Shown: positions 22,230 through 34,899, counted from the stretch's first letter. The stretch: DNA of 64,000 nucleotides from Takakia lepidozioides (GCA_030704615.1 CM060733.1:50654001-50718000); one strand, 5' to 3'. Numbers and translations are program-made. Notes: generated by a model not told the origin, from the sequence alone.

Positions 22230-22700
22230 TGACAGCGCCGTTATTGGATGGGCTGCGGAAGCTTCAGCCGAGAATTTTGTTTCCGGAGCCCAATTTCGGC
22301 GCCGTTATTGCTTGCACTCCCCAGCCTTCAGCAGGTATTTGGTTTCCGGACCCCAATTTTGGCGCCGTTATCGGCTGCACTGCGGTGGCTTCAGCCGAGT
22401 ATTTGGTTTTCCGGGCCCAATTTCGGCGCCGTTATTGGCTGCACTCTGGAGGCTGCAGCCGGGTATTTGGTTGGCGGAGCCCAATTTCGGCACCGTTATT
22501 GGCTTCACTCCCGAGCCTTCATCCGCCTATTTCTAGTCATGTGCCCAATTACGGCGCCGTTATATGCAACTATCCTGCACTTCTGCAACAGTACTATCCA
22601 CGGTTATAGGTCGCCATTGCGTTTTCGGAGTCTGCAAACCCGGATCCTATTTCCGCTTGCGTCTCTTCCTCTGGGATAATTTCGGTGTCGTTATTGCCCA
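22230..22700. repeat. Subterminal array of copy 2: CCCAATTTCGGCGCCGTTATTGG units at 63-64 bp
   Basis: Cores at 22234 (degenerate), 22298, 22361, 22425, 22489, 22553. Confidence 0.85.
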
Positions 22701-22953
22701 TAATTCAGTTTTTCTATGACCTGGCCTGGCGGTCCATGAGCCTGGGCTCCAGGTCATGAGCGGACACTGGTACTTATGAGCGGAGTGCTTCCAGCACGAG
22801 CGCGGAAATCTTTGAAAACCTTCTCTTCTTATACTACTTTCGATTATTTTATCGTTTTGGGGCCCGAAAAAACATCTGCCGAAATTCGAAGTGTGTTACT
22901 TGGCGACTCATGGGTGAGCCATGCCCGCTCATGAGCTCATGGAATAGCAACCC

Positions 22954-24499
22954 CCGGAAAAGCACGGGGGTCAAGGTCATAACCTTCAGCCTCAACACCA
23001 GCGGCCTCTTGTTCAACCGGTGTGAACCGATGTGGCTTCGCACGCATCTCCACCTGTCCATTGAAGTGTATGCGGTTCTTGCGGTATGGATGGACCTGAA
23101 TGAGGAACCTGCGGTGACCTTGGTAGACAGTTTTGCCCAGAACTTTGAGTGTCTTGCATCTACATGAGGACCTCATACTGGACACCCTTTGTAGCCTTTT
23201 GTGACACATCCTGCAAGTAGGCCATAAATAGGAAAATTGTGGATGCTCCACAATAGTATGGCGCGTAGTATGAAGTTTCTCTCACCAACAGGTTTACATA
23301 TGTCATATGCCCGAACCCCCCTCCACAAAATAAGTAACTCCTCCATCAGTGGTGCTAAGTACACATCTATGTGCTCACTTATAACTGACTGCTTTCCTGG
23401 AATCAAGAGAGTAAGCATGGCAAATAACTTTTTTGTAGTGAGCCAGGGAGGTAGGTTGTATACTAACGTCAACACTGGCCATGTTGACCAACAATTGTTC
23501 TTATCACCAAACGGTTTGACTCCATCGAAGGAAAAACCAAGCCTTACATTGCGAGGCTCTGCTGCAAAGTCGGGCCAAGTAGCATCAATGTGATTCCAAA
23601 CCTTTGAATCAGCTGCATGGCGTACAAGGCCATCGTTGCTTGCATTCCGACTGTGCCAGGTCATTAATTTTGTAATAGAAGAGCATCTATACATACGCAA
23701 GAGGCGTGGTATCAATGGAAAATAGCGAAGCACCTTAACACGTACCTTGGATCTCCCTATATTTTTGAATCGGGCGCTTTGACACTTGGGGCAACTCTCT
23801 GAAGCTTTCAAGTCCCCCCTAAACAACACACACCCCTTTGGGCAAGCATCGATCTTCTCATAAGCAAGCCCAAGCTTGCTCACCATGGTCTTTGCATGGT
23901 AGAAAGATGTGGGTAGTACGTTTGGTTGGGGCAACAAGATTTTCTGCAGCAAAGAGAACATTTCATCCGCAAAACCATTTTGTAACCCCATGTGTTGCGC
24001 ATAGATTCATTATAAGCATGGTGGATGCAAGCTTAGAGGATTTACAGCCTTCATATAAAGGTAGACATGCCTCTTCCAATGAGATGGGATCATCAGTGTG
24101 AGAGTCCCCACCCGCAACCGGGTCATGGGCTTCTGGTGGGATGTTCGTGTCACCGGGAACATCTAGGTCATCTAATTCCACTTCTACCCCATTTCCAGTT
24201 TCAGGTGTGTCTATGATCTGAAAGGTCTCTTGGATCATGCGCTGTACCTCAACATTTATGTCCAATTCTCCATATGTCCGATGATTTGCTAAAGCTACGT
24301 CGTCACCAACCACCACGGCCACGGCCGTGTCTTCCCATTCATCATCAAAAGCATGCCTCCTTGCTCCTCTCCAGGATCTGAACGCAGGGGATCTATGATT
24401 GGCCATTAGATATTTTCTCATTGTCTCTATAGAGACCGGTCGTCCACCCTTACAGTGATTGCAGGGCATCTTAACTTGTTGAGACCATACTTTCGACAC
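22954..24499 (-). pseudogene. CACTA/En-Spm Tnp2 (Transposase_21) transposase pseudogene, frameshifted and truncated by MULE copy 2
   Basis: YEKIDACPKGCVLFRG, KVLRYFPLIPRL, EPRNVRLGFSFDG, WSTWPV..VYNLPPW, LIPGK, IDVYLAPLMEEL, GCVTKGYKGCP; N-terminal PCNHCK module. Confidence 0.9.
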
Positions 24500-27349
24500 C
24501 GCGCAACCTCACGCAGAAAAAGAGCATCATCGCGCTGCTGTAATCTCAGCATGGCAGCTGCTCTGTCAGGCTCCATGATGCTAAGGAATTCCTTTCCTGG
24601 TATGAGAGGAGGATCAAGATTAATATACCAAGTCCCTAAAAAGCAAGAATTTCAACAATCTACTGTACGTCTCTACTCATAGAGTTGTAAGGTACTACTT
24701 TCTGAGTGGTTGTTTCACACCTCATATTTCTACTTTAGAACTACAAAAGGAGTGAGTATGACTGTGACAGTGCAGAAAATGGAAAAAGCTGCATCTTGTC
24801 ATCTACAAACCACCTTCTTAGTAATATTCAGAGTGGATTGAATCACTACGTGGTGACCTAGCACGCCCTACTTCTAGGTACAAGCTATAGTTCTTTAAGA
24901 TAAGATGTCTTGAAGGTTGTGAGCAGTAGCCCAGCCCATCATATGCATTTGTAGTTAGCACGAAGCCGTTAGCCCGTTTGTTGTCATGTGCTTATATCTA
25001 CAGCCTCCTCCATCGTTCAATCTGAATGTGCACTTGTAGGGTTTACTTAGGCTCAATCTCTTTTCAATTTTGCTGAAGGAGAGTGCAGGTTATATGGCAA
25101 CGAGTGAGCGCAGCCCAAAACATTTGAACGACGATGGCACTGGAGGCGATTTGGCAAGAGCACTTGTGTTGCGGCCCTTTGCTTTGAGGGCAGGGGGTCG
25201 GGACGCAGGAGGGGTTGCCCCTGTGGTGGGGGCAGTGGCAGCGATAGGTACGGGGGGCTGAAGCACCCTTGAGTGCCCAAGGCACTCAATGAGGCGGAGG
25301 TGCTCACTAGGTGGAGCCCCGCACACCGGTTTGCGGTGGGGGTGGCTCCACAAGGGGTGGTGGTAGCTTAACGGGACTTAGTGGGGGTGGCATAGGCCTC
25401 ACCATGGGGCAGAGACCTCGTGGTTGGAGTCGTGGGGAGTCTTGGGACTCATCACGGTCCAATGGGGCGTGGTGGGTGGGCCAAGACTCACCGCGACTCA
25501 TCACCGGGAGTCGAGGGTCTTCGTGGTGGTTCGCCATAAAATGGCATGGTTGTTTGTGAAACCCCCGCAGAAAGTCACAAAAATATATATAGGGAGTCGT
25601 AACCCTGAGAACGGTGCAAGGCCATTGGTGACCAAAAACTAGTGAGTAAGTGAGCGAGCCGGAAGCGACCAAGGAGTGGGGAGCTATTCCGGACTGCCAT
25701 CTACCAAAGGGAATTTCCACTAGGCCCGAATTGGTGGAGGGTCTTTTGGAAGAGTAAAGGGGGACCGTTATGTCCTGGTGAGCAGCTGAAGCTCCAAGTT
25801 GGCCTGGCGGCCAGGTTGGGAGTTAGGCGCGTGCATCAAAGCGAGTAACTATTACTTGAAGGGGAGCTTACCGAAGTGAGGTGCGCGACAACCTGGTTCA
25901 GCGGAGAGCAAAAGTGGAGGAGAAGAGGAGTCACTTACCCCAGGAAAATGCGATGGGATGGTGGAATATGAACGGTATCGTGCTATCAGGGTAGCTGAAA
26001 ACAAAGCTTGGTTGTTGGATTGGAGCTCCAAGGGCACTGCACTGTAAGTCGAAGCTGTCTCCCTGCTCGAATACTGTTCATGCGATGATTACTTCCCTCC
26101 TTCATTGCATTGTTCCCTCCTTCCCTGCACTTGCAATGCGATCGCAACACCTGAGCCAAGAGATGGCCTCCCCTGCGTTGCTTCCACGCCAGACTTACGT
26201 CTGTTTCATGAAAGGTAGTTGAGGTCCCAAGAGCGCCTAGAAGACTGCCATGTCAGCAAGATGTAGTGGTTATGGACACTAGTGTAGTGGTTAATATGTA
26301 CCCTAATTTTTTTTATAAAAAAAAACGACGTGTCCACATCCCATCTCCGCCATTGGATGGACGTGGACCGTCGGATGCAACCTGGCACTTGGACAACCTC
26401 ATGTCTCTCACACGAGCGTACTAAGTGTGTGTGCTTCATTTTTTGAGTTTCCTGGGCTTGTGAGGGCATTTTGTTGTGAGTGACCCAGGCGATTGTAAGA
26501 GAGTAGAGAGAACGAAAGACCCCCGCGTGCTGCCTGCTATGTGTGGAATGGCCCAGTGCGAAGGAGTACTCGTTTGAGGGAGAGGAGTCATGTTCACATG
26601 GGGGTGGCGGAGATGGAGTCCAGCGACTTGGAGACCAACCCGGGGGAGGATAGTGGAGCGACTCCTAGTGCTCACTACTCAGTAGAGAGCGAGAGCACAG
26701 ATGAGGAGGAAGACTAGACTGCTGAGAAGATCGTCGTTCGCATGACTCCTTCCAAGCGGCCTTAAGGACATCCACCCCAACCAAGGAGGGTAACAAGCCC
26801 GCAGTGGGATCCCTAAGACCCCTTTTGTCTCGATCTCTATCTCTCTTCCTCTCTCACCCTTAGTTCACATAGTTGGTCACTGTTAACAGACAGAGTCAAC
26901 TTCTTACATAGACCAAGGTGTAGCTCAAGGATTACTCTCTCTCCCCCTCTGCTCTTCAATGTTTTCATCATCAACTCCTTGAGGATGTGGAAAGTGAGGG
27001 ATTTGGGTTAAGGGTGGGTGATACCACAATACTAGCCCTTATGTTTGCGTATGACTTTGTAAGTATAGGAGAGACTCCAACCAATCTCCAGGAGTTATTT
27101 GATTGTGCGAAGAGAATACTTTGAATCTTGGTGGCTAGAGGCTAATGTCAGCAAATGTGTCAGTGGTAGCATTCAATCGACAGAGGAGAGGGAGGAAGTG
27201 AAGTGGCATTTGTGGGGTGCCAAGAGATTCCCGGTCTCCCTTCCTACACTTACTTGGGGCGTTCAGTTTTTTTTTCTCAATTGTAATTGGGATGCACATA
27301 ATCCGCGAAGTTGTTCAAACTGGCAAGGCAAGCTCTGGGCTCACTAAAT

Positions 27350-28256
27350 TTCCACTGCAGATGGGTCAACTCTGGGTTAAGAAAACATTGTTTGTTGTCG
27401 TTATTAGACCTGCCTGGAGTACGGATTCTGCTATACGGGTTTAGAACTCCAACCAGGCTAAGTCTTTAGAATCCATTCAAGTGTGGGTGCTTAAGAAGTG
27501 TATGTCAGCATGCTCCAAAACAGCCAATGTGGCTGTTTGGGGTGAGTTTGGCATTCCGTCCTTAAGCTCCCAACGAGATGAAATTCAAGGTCGATGTGGG
27601 GTCATCTGCAACATAATGCCCAAGACCTATATCCTAAGTTAATCGACTCTATATCTTGGAAACAGGATCCGCCCTGTCAAGCAGGCTAAGTCCTGGTAGA
27701 AGGATTGCTATATATTCTCAGGACCTGGACCTGGATCCACGCAAATCTTGACCGCTGGATAAATCTGACTTAGAGGCTATAGTGTCCAAAGCCATGTTGT
27801 TTGCCATGAGATTGTCTTATGAAAACGAAGTTAGGGAGAAAACTTCCCTGAAGTTGTTTCTAGTCAGTGACATGGGGGACGACATCTTGGATGACCTCAT
27901 GGGTCTACCCACTCTCGGCACAGACTGAAATTTAAACTCGAGGCAGGAAGCCAATCTTTGAACAACAACAGAAGCAGAGAGGAAGGGAGAGTGTCAATTG
28001 TCCGTTGTGTGGGCAACCTGAATGACAATATTCATTTTCTGATACACTGTCCGGGTTCTCCTCCCGCAAATAGACGCTCTCTTCAATTCTATCAAGGGAA
28101 TCTGTGCTTGTACCCCTGTTTACCAACTTTGAAAGTCTCAAGGCTGAGCCAAAAGCCCAGGCCCTCTTGAGGCTCGTTATAAGCAAATCACACACAGCAG
28201 ATTGATGCTTGTGTGAAGGGAGTTTCTAGAGATATCTGGAAAACCCGGATTAATTC
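27350..28256 (+). mobile_element. Degenerate non-LTR retrotransposon (LINE) 3' fragment
   Basis: TANVAVWGEFGIPSL and a broken C-terminal CPLC...HFLIHCP zinc-knuckle-like motif. Part of it is repeated at ~48790-49027. Confidence 0.55.
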
Positions 28257-28902
28257 CTTATATGAAGTAAGTCTTACCTACCAACGTCAGCCCCTGACAG
28301 AGGTTAGGTTTTCCGTTCCTTTGTTCCTGCTCAAACTGGGCGCGGGGTCAATGGCCACAAGGCCACGACAAACAACGTCTTATGAGTACAATGTCACCCT
28401 AATTTTCTCTCAGATTGTGGAAGCAATTGAGCATTTTCATGATGTATGGGTTTAGGTGGGTTTTTGTGTAAGTCAGAGGTAGAGGCAAAACCGAGCAGGT
28501 TTAGGGTAAATCTAAGTGGAGTAAGAGGCTGGGGTGTATGGCGGAGGAATGATCTTTGGAGTGATGAACTGATGGAGAAGGAGTGTGTGGGGCTGGACGG
28601 AGAGTGAGGGAGAGGCTTGAGAATGGCTCATGAAATGTATATGCTTACAGTTACTGAGATTGTGCTTGGTTTATATAACCAAGCCTAATTTACTATATGA
28701 TTGGCTTGTGAACTTAAGACATGAGTGGTTGATTGTTTCATTGAAACCTGATATGCTTTGAGCCTGGTTCCGGAGATATATCTCTAGATGTGCAATCTGC
28801 GATGAGTTTACAATCTGTATATATATATATGGTGGTAAATGTTATGTATCAAACCAAGGTTATTTCCTAAAGTGAATGACCTGGAAACCTTGTTAGAAAG
28901 AT
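28257..28902 (-). repeat. Inverted copy of an internal segment (41226-41873) of the CACTA element at 38775-43558
   Basis: Direct alignment by eye, e.g. CAAACTGGGCGCGGGGTCAATGGCCACAAGG versus the reverse complement at ~41770-41800. Confidence 0.85.
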
Positions 28903-29286
28903 GAATGTTGTTAGAGGACTGCTAGGGACTTAGACACTTTTATGGGATCTGAGGAGACCCTTAATTTTTTTGCACAGACTGAGACCAACATGAGCCTTAG
29001 GTGTGACAACAGCGCACTGTGAGGGGGGGTTACATAGTCCGTCACAGTCCCACACAGCCAGTCACAAACAGCCAACACAAGCCCTCACAGCGACACAGCC
29101 CATCCCCCGCCACACAACAAGCCCCCACAGCCATCAGCAACAACATACTCTCGCTACACAGTCCCAACACATTCTCACATCCAGTCACAAACCAGACAAC
29201 AATCCCTTCACAACCACACACAGCCGGTCCCAGCTGAACAGCTGTCACGACCATATGGAACTTATATCAGGACAGGGAACAACTTG

Positions 29287-29786
29287 NNNNNNNNNNNNNN
29301 NNNNNNNNNNNNNNNNNNNNNNNNNNNNNNNNNNNNNNNNNNNNNNNNNNNNNNNNNNNNNNNNNNNNNNNNNNNNNNNNNNNNNNNNNNNNNNNNNNNN
29401 NNNNNNNNNNNNNNNNNNNNNNNNNNNNNNNNNNNNNNNNNNNNNNNNNNNNNNNNNNNNNNNNNNNNNNNNNNNNNNNNNNNNNNNNNNNNNNNNNNNN
29501 NNNNNNNNNNNNNNNNNNNNNNNNNNNNNNNNNNNNNNNNNNNNNNNNNNNNNNNNNNNNNNNNNNNNNNNNNNNNNNNNNNNNNNNNNNNNNNNNNNNN
29601 NNNNNNNNNNNNNNNNNNNNNNNNNNNNNNNNNNNNNNNNNNNNNNNNNNNNNNNNNNNNNNNNNNNNNNNNNNNNNNNNNNNNNNNNNNNNNNNNNNNN
29701 NNNNNNNNNNNNNNNNNNNNNNNNNNNNNNNNNNNNNNNNNNNNNNNNNNNNNNNNNNNNNNNNNNNNNNNNNNNNNNNNNNNNNN
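29287..29786. other. Assembly gap (500 N)
   Basis: Run of N; adjacency across it is not guaranteed. Confidence 1.
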
Positions 29787-31785
29787 GTGGAGGAAAATTT
29801 TGTCTTAGGCTAAGTTGCCGAGAGTAGATAGGCAGCCCCTCTGTTGAAAGACCAAAGGAACGGGTTAACATGGCAAATGCGATTGTCTCTCTGACGGGCA
29901 CAGATGGCAGCGAGCTCCTGTGCGCTTCTAGATGCGCAGGCAAGACACCCTATAAGATCCTGAATACTACCGGGAGTGAGCGATGGGCCTCACATTATGC
30001 ATCAGACGAAAAGACCAAGCTGTGGAGCTCAAGTGGGAATCCAACTTGGCATTATCGGGCCCCAGATCCTTGCGACTGATCGCTCTGACGTCTCCCCAGC
30101 CTTCAGGGACACCGCAGACAGGTCTCGACATTCAAAGTATGTTGGTTTCTTCCAGCAGTGTCACCCTAGCCTCCAATCGATACAGATGTGTCTCTGTGAT
30201 TGCACTGTCAGCCACATTTTACCTTGAGGAAGGGGAGGCGAGGGAACAGAGAAGGTTGTTAGTATAAAAAGCGTACAGTAGTATCCTTCAATAAACCGCG
30301 CGTCATGTAGCTGCTTAAGATCTAGTTTTAAGGACTGGAACTCGTCAGCAGAGACTGCAACAATGCCCAAAATTCTCATGCTCTTGGCAGGAATTTTTCT
30401 CAGATCCTTCAGAGTGATGGGACATCAGACTTGATAATGTGAGGCCTTCTTTATTTAGGACGTTGAAGGAATTTGTCAGGAAGTACTGAAGTTGACATGG
30501 TGATGTTTTGGACTGATTGTTGCTCCAGTTGCTTTTAACGACAATCTTGGCATCAGCGGCTCGGCTATCAGAGTTTATCAAATTTGCCTGTCATTTGAAA
30601 GATGTTTGCAGCCATGGTGATTGTAGCCTGGTCTACACAGAGGCTGTGGCTGCTCAGCTGCCCCCCGGTGGTTCTCAGAGATAAGTCCAAAATCTCCAGA
30701 CTTCAAACAGAAGCACACTCTTTGGATGGGGGATTGGTTGAACCCTCGTTGGGTGAAAGCAGAGCTGGGCGCCATGACACAAGGTCGAGCACAATCTCGT
30801 CATGGTTGAGATTATGCTTATACAAACGCTTTGGACGAATGTGAGGTGCTACCACGATCAGCCTTGAAGAGCAGCCATGAAAGGCACCTTCAGTATCTTC
30901 CAACCTATAGTTTTTGGTAAGGATGGATTTTTCTTGTGTACACAAGGCAGAGATAGAACCAAGAGTAACATGCAGGAGTGTGATTATTGAAATCTACACT
31001 AGCTCTATCCTACAGAGTCTGTGGCAACTTGAAAGCAGGCCAAGTTCTCACAATATTGCAGTTCTTGCTTGCAGGTGACGCCACGAGCAGAGAACAGCTC
31101 TAGCAGAAGTTTTTCTTGGATCCGTCAGAGTGTTGGGAGGTGAGGCAACATGTATTTTGCATGTGGAAGAGTTTTAGTTCGAAGATGGAAATAAAACCAA
31201 TGTAAAACATGATCAAACGAGCTTCATACAAGCCCTACTTGACAAACCATTGCACGCTGTCTTAAAAAATGGTTGTCATTGGTACTAGCAGTACATTGTT
31301 CAAGGAATGCTTGGAGCATTGCTAGCTGTTGCCTGGTACCTGTGAGGCTGTGCTTGAAGCTATGGGTTCTCACCTGGCCACTGATGGTTTTGACAGAGAA
31401 ACCCCAGATTACCCAATTTCAGACACAAATGCACGAAGGAGGTCATTTGGATTGCGAGTTGGTCCAACCCTCCTTGGGTGAAGGCAGAGCTTTCTGCCAT
31501 GTTGCATGGTTCAGCACTGTTGGGTGATGGTTTTCATGTTGTACACCCTGGAGCTATATCTCGAGAATATATCAGGTATTTTCTTATGATGATTCAAGTT
31601 CCAACTCAAAAGAAGACGATTGGAACAGTTTGTTCTCACTGCAAATAACTGCAATAGTTTAATAAGAGGATAATATATAGTAATGAGGCTGTCCTCATGA
31701 AGATACTGCTTTGAATATCTGGGATTTTTGAGGTGTTGCGAGTCATAATACAAGGTTTGTAACTACGAGTTCTGAGGCATGCAGG

Positions 31786-34700
31786 ATGGCAGGGTTGAAT
31801 CAGACACAGAGTGGACATCAGGCTGGCATCAGGGGTGGGTCCTCTGCAAGCACCAACACAGACTTTAAAGGCACTGGTGGGGTTGTGAGGGCAGTATTTA
31901 ATGCACGACGACCAAAAGAGGTGTTGCATGTTTTGAACCAACAAGGCATTAGGGCAGACTCCAAAACATATATTTGTCTCTTGCAGGATTGTATCAACAT
32001 GAAAGATTTAGGAGAGGGAAAGCAGGTACATGCCCACATTATCCAAAGTGGATTGGAACAGAACATCTATGTGCTCAACACCCTCATCAACATGTATGCC
32101 AAGTGCGGAAGCGTGGTAGATGCACGCCAATTGTTTGAGAAAATGCCTGAAAGAAGTTTGTTTACTTGGACTATAATGCTAGCAGCATATGCCAAGCATG
32201 GGTATGGTAGGGAGGCTTTGGAGATCTACGAGCAAATGCAACAGGAAGGGGCAACGCCCGACAAGGTCACTTTTATTTGCGTTCTCAATGCATGTACCAG
32301 CCTAGGAGCCCTGGAAAAGGGCAAAGAGGTAAATGCTGACATCATCAATGCTGGAATTGTGCCAGATATTTTCTTGGAAACTGCTCTCGTAAATATGTAT
32401 GCCAAATGTGGGAGCATGAGAGATGCTCGTCGAGTGTTTGACAGTATGGCTAAAAGAGACGTGGTCTCATGGAGCCCAATGATCGCCGGGTATGCTCAGC
32501 ATGGTTGTGGTACGGAAGCTTTTGAGATGTATGAACAAATGATACAAGAAGGGGCGAGGCCCAACAAGGTAACCTTCATTTCCATTCTTAGTGCGTGCGT
32601 GGGTTTAGAAGCTCTGGAAAGGGGAAAATGTGTGCATGCTGACATCATCAAAGCTGGAATTGCACCGGATATCATTCTGGAGACTGCCCTTGTCCAAATG
32701 TATGCCAAATGCGGGAGTGTAAAGGATGCACGTCAAGTGTTTGACAATATGAGGAAACGAAATGTGGTCTCATGGAATGCTATGATCGCAGGATATGCTC
32801 AGCATGGTCACGGTAGGGAGGCCATTGAGATGTATGAGGAAATGATATGGGAAGGGGTGATGCCCGATAATGTTACGTACATTCGTGTCCTCAATGTGTG
32901 CGCCAGCCTAGGAGCCCTGGAGAAGGGCAAAGAGGTCCATGGTGACATCAACAAAAGTGGGATTGTATTAGACATCATACTCGAGAATTCCCTTGTCGAC
33001 ATGTATGCAAAATGCTGGAGGGTAAAGGATGCACGTCAAGTTTTCGACAGCATGGCTCACCGGGATGTGGTCACATGGAATGCCATGATTACAGGCTATG
33101 TGCAGCATAAATGTGGTGTGGAGGCTTTCGAGATGTACGAGGACATGATATGCAAAGGGGTGATGCCTGACAAGGTCACTTTCATTTGCGCTCTCAATGC
33201 ATGCGCCATCCTAGGTGCCATAGAAAAGGGCCAAAAGGTCCATGCTGACATTATCAGAGCAGGAATTGTGTCTGACATCATTCTGGAGACTACCCTCATT
33301 GACATGTATGCGAAATGCGGGAGGGTAAAGGATGCACGTCAACTGTTCGACAATATGGCTAAACGAAGTGTGATTACCTGGAATGTGATGGTTGCAGCAT
33401 ATGGCCAGCATGGTTGTGGTAGGGAGGCTTTGGAGATCTATGAGCAAATGATAAGTGGGCGGGTGATGCCTGACAAGGTCACATTCATTTGTGTCCTTAA
33501 AGCATGTGCTACTCTAGGAGCACTAGACAAGGGCAAAGAGGTCCATGCGCACATCAGCAAAAGTGGAATTGGGCCAGACATTATACTGGAGAATTCCCTT
33601 GTTGACATGTATGCCAAATGCGGAAGTGTAAGGGATGCACATAGAGTGTTCACCAATATGTCTCAACAAGATGTAGTCTCGTGGAACGTGATGATTGCAG
33701 GATATGTCCAGCATGGGTGTACTACAGAGGCCTTTGAGGTCTATGATCAAATGAGAAGGGAAGGGGTGCCACCCGACAAGGTCACCTTCATTTGTATTCT
33801 CAACGTGTGTGGCAGAGTGGCAGCCATAGACAGGGGCAAAGAGATCCATGCTGACATCGTTGAAGCCTGCATTCCACCAGATGTCATTTTGGAGACTGCC
33901 CTTGCTGATATGTATGCCAAGTCTGGGAGCATACAGGATGCACATCAAGTGTTCAACAATATGGCTCAACGAAATGTGGTCTCATGGAACGCGATGATTG
34001 CAGGATATGCTCAGCATGGTTACGGTACAGAGGTCCTGGCGCTATTTGAACAAATGCAACAGGAAGGCTTGCATCCGGATGGTATCACCTTTATATCTGT
34101 CCTCTCTGTATGTAGCCATGTGGGCCTTGTGGACGAAGGCCATCACTACTTTGATTCCATGATGCGAGATTATGGCCGTATTCCTACAGTGGAGCATTTT
34201 GGCTGCATGGTAGACCTTCTTGGTCGCAATGGGCGACTAGGTGAGGCACACGAATTCATTAAGAAAATGCCAGTTGAGCCAGATGCTGGGGTGTGGGGGG
34301 CCTTGCTTGGTGCCTGCCGAATTCACGGTGACGTGGAGTTAGCAGAGTGTGCAGCAAAATGCATCCTCAAGTTGGAGCCGCAAGATGCTGGAACTTACGT
34401 GCTGCTATCGAACATCTATGCCTCGGTTGGCAGGTGGGATGATAAAGCTAAGGTGAGAAAATTGATGGAGGAGAGAGGCGTGCGAAAGGAGACAGGGCGA
34501 AGCTGCATTGAGGTCAACAACCTGGTCCACACGTTTGTTGTCGAGGATAAATCACATCCACAAATTGAGGAAATTCATGCTGAGCTGAAGAGATTGTCTC
34601 GGTGGTTAGCCGAGGCTGGGTATGTGCCTGACACGAGCTTTGTATTGCATGATGTGGAAGAGGAGCAAAAGGAATCTTCTGTTTGGCACCACAGTGAGAA

Positions 34701-34899
34701 GCTGGCCATTGCTTTTGGGCTAATCAGCACGCCTCCTGGGACACCGATCCGCATAATCAAGAACCTTCGGGTGTGTGGTGATTGCCATACTGTCACCAAG
34801 TTCATCTCAAAGATTGTTGGTCGAGCATTTGTTATTCGGGATGCCAACCGCTATCATCACTTCCAAGATGGGGTTTGTTCTTGTGGAGATTTCTGGTGA
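31786..34899 (+). CDS. PLS-class pentatricopeptide repeat protein with E1/E2/DYW deaminase domain (organellar C-to-U RNA editing factor)
   Basis: 1037-aa intronless ORF: L-S-(P-L-S)6-P2-L2-S2-E1-E2, then HSEKLA...CGDCH...CSCGDFW. Confidence 0.97.
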   Translation: MAGLNQTQSGHQAGIRGGSSASTNTDFKGTGGVVRAVFNARRPKEVLHVLNQQGIRADSKTYICLLQDCINMKDLGEGKQVHAHIIQSGLEQNIYVLNTLINMYAKCGSVVDARQLFEKMPERSLFTWTIMLAAYAKHGYGREALEIYEQMQQEGATPDKVTFICVLNACTSLGALEKGKEVNADIINAGIVPDIFLETALVNMYAKCGSMRDARRVFDSMAKRDVVSWSPMIAGYAQHGCGTEAFEMYEQMIQEGARPNKVTFISILSACVGLEALERGKCVHADIIKAGIAPDIILETALVQMYAKCGSVKDARQVFDNMRKRNVVSWNAMIAGYAQHGHGREAIEMYEEMIWEGVMPDNVTYIRVLNVCASLGALEKGKEVHGDINKSGIVLDIILENSLVDMYAKCWRVKDARQVFDSMAHRDVVTWNAMITGYVQHKCGVEAFEMYEDMICKGVMPDKVTFICALNACAILGAIEKGQKVHADIIRAGIVSDIILETTLIDMYAKCGRVKDARQLFDNMAKRSVITWNVMVAAYGQHGCGREALEIYEQMISGRVMPDKVTFICVLKACATLGALDKGKEVHAHISKSGIGPDIILENSLVDMYAKCGSVRDAHRVFTNMSQQDVVSWNVMIAGYVQHGCTTEAFEVYDQMRREGVPPDKVTFICILNVCGRVAAIDRGKEIHADIVEACIPPDVILETALADMYAKSGSIQDAHQVFNNMAQRNVVSWNAMIAGYAQHGYGTEVLALFEQMQQEGLHPDGITFISVLSVCSHVGLVDEGHHYFDSMMRDYGRIPTVEHFGCMVDLLGRNGRLGEAHEFIKKMPVEPDAGVWGALLGACRIHGDVELAECAAKCILKLEPQDAGTYVLLSNIYASVGRWDDKAKVRKLMEERGVRKETGRSCIEVNNLVHTFVVEDKSHPQIEEIHAELKRLSRWLAEAGYVPDTSFVLHDVEEEQKESSVWHHSEKLAIAFGLISTPPGTPIRIIKNLRVCGDCHTVTKFISKIVGRAFVIRDANRYHHFQDGVCSCGDFW

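Larger units (their letters stand above)
16381..22953 (+). mobile_element. Decayed second MULE of a related family (5' truncated, nested insertions, internal inversion)
   Basis: Transposase fragments homologous to copy 1, a GGCGCC array at 22230-22700, and terminus GCTCATGGAATAGCAACCC at 22935-22953. Confidence 0.75.

Noticed and set aside
24600-27300. Short ORFs and a possible CACTA 5' end
   Set aside because: No recognisable domain or convincing TIR; left unannotated.
29003-29943. ORFs spanning the N run
   Set aside because: Artefacts of the assembly gap.
30350-31700. Degenerate ~700-bp tandem duplication with LRR-like words (SLEILDLS)
   Set aside because: Too many stops and too little signal to assign a product.
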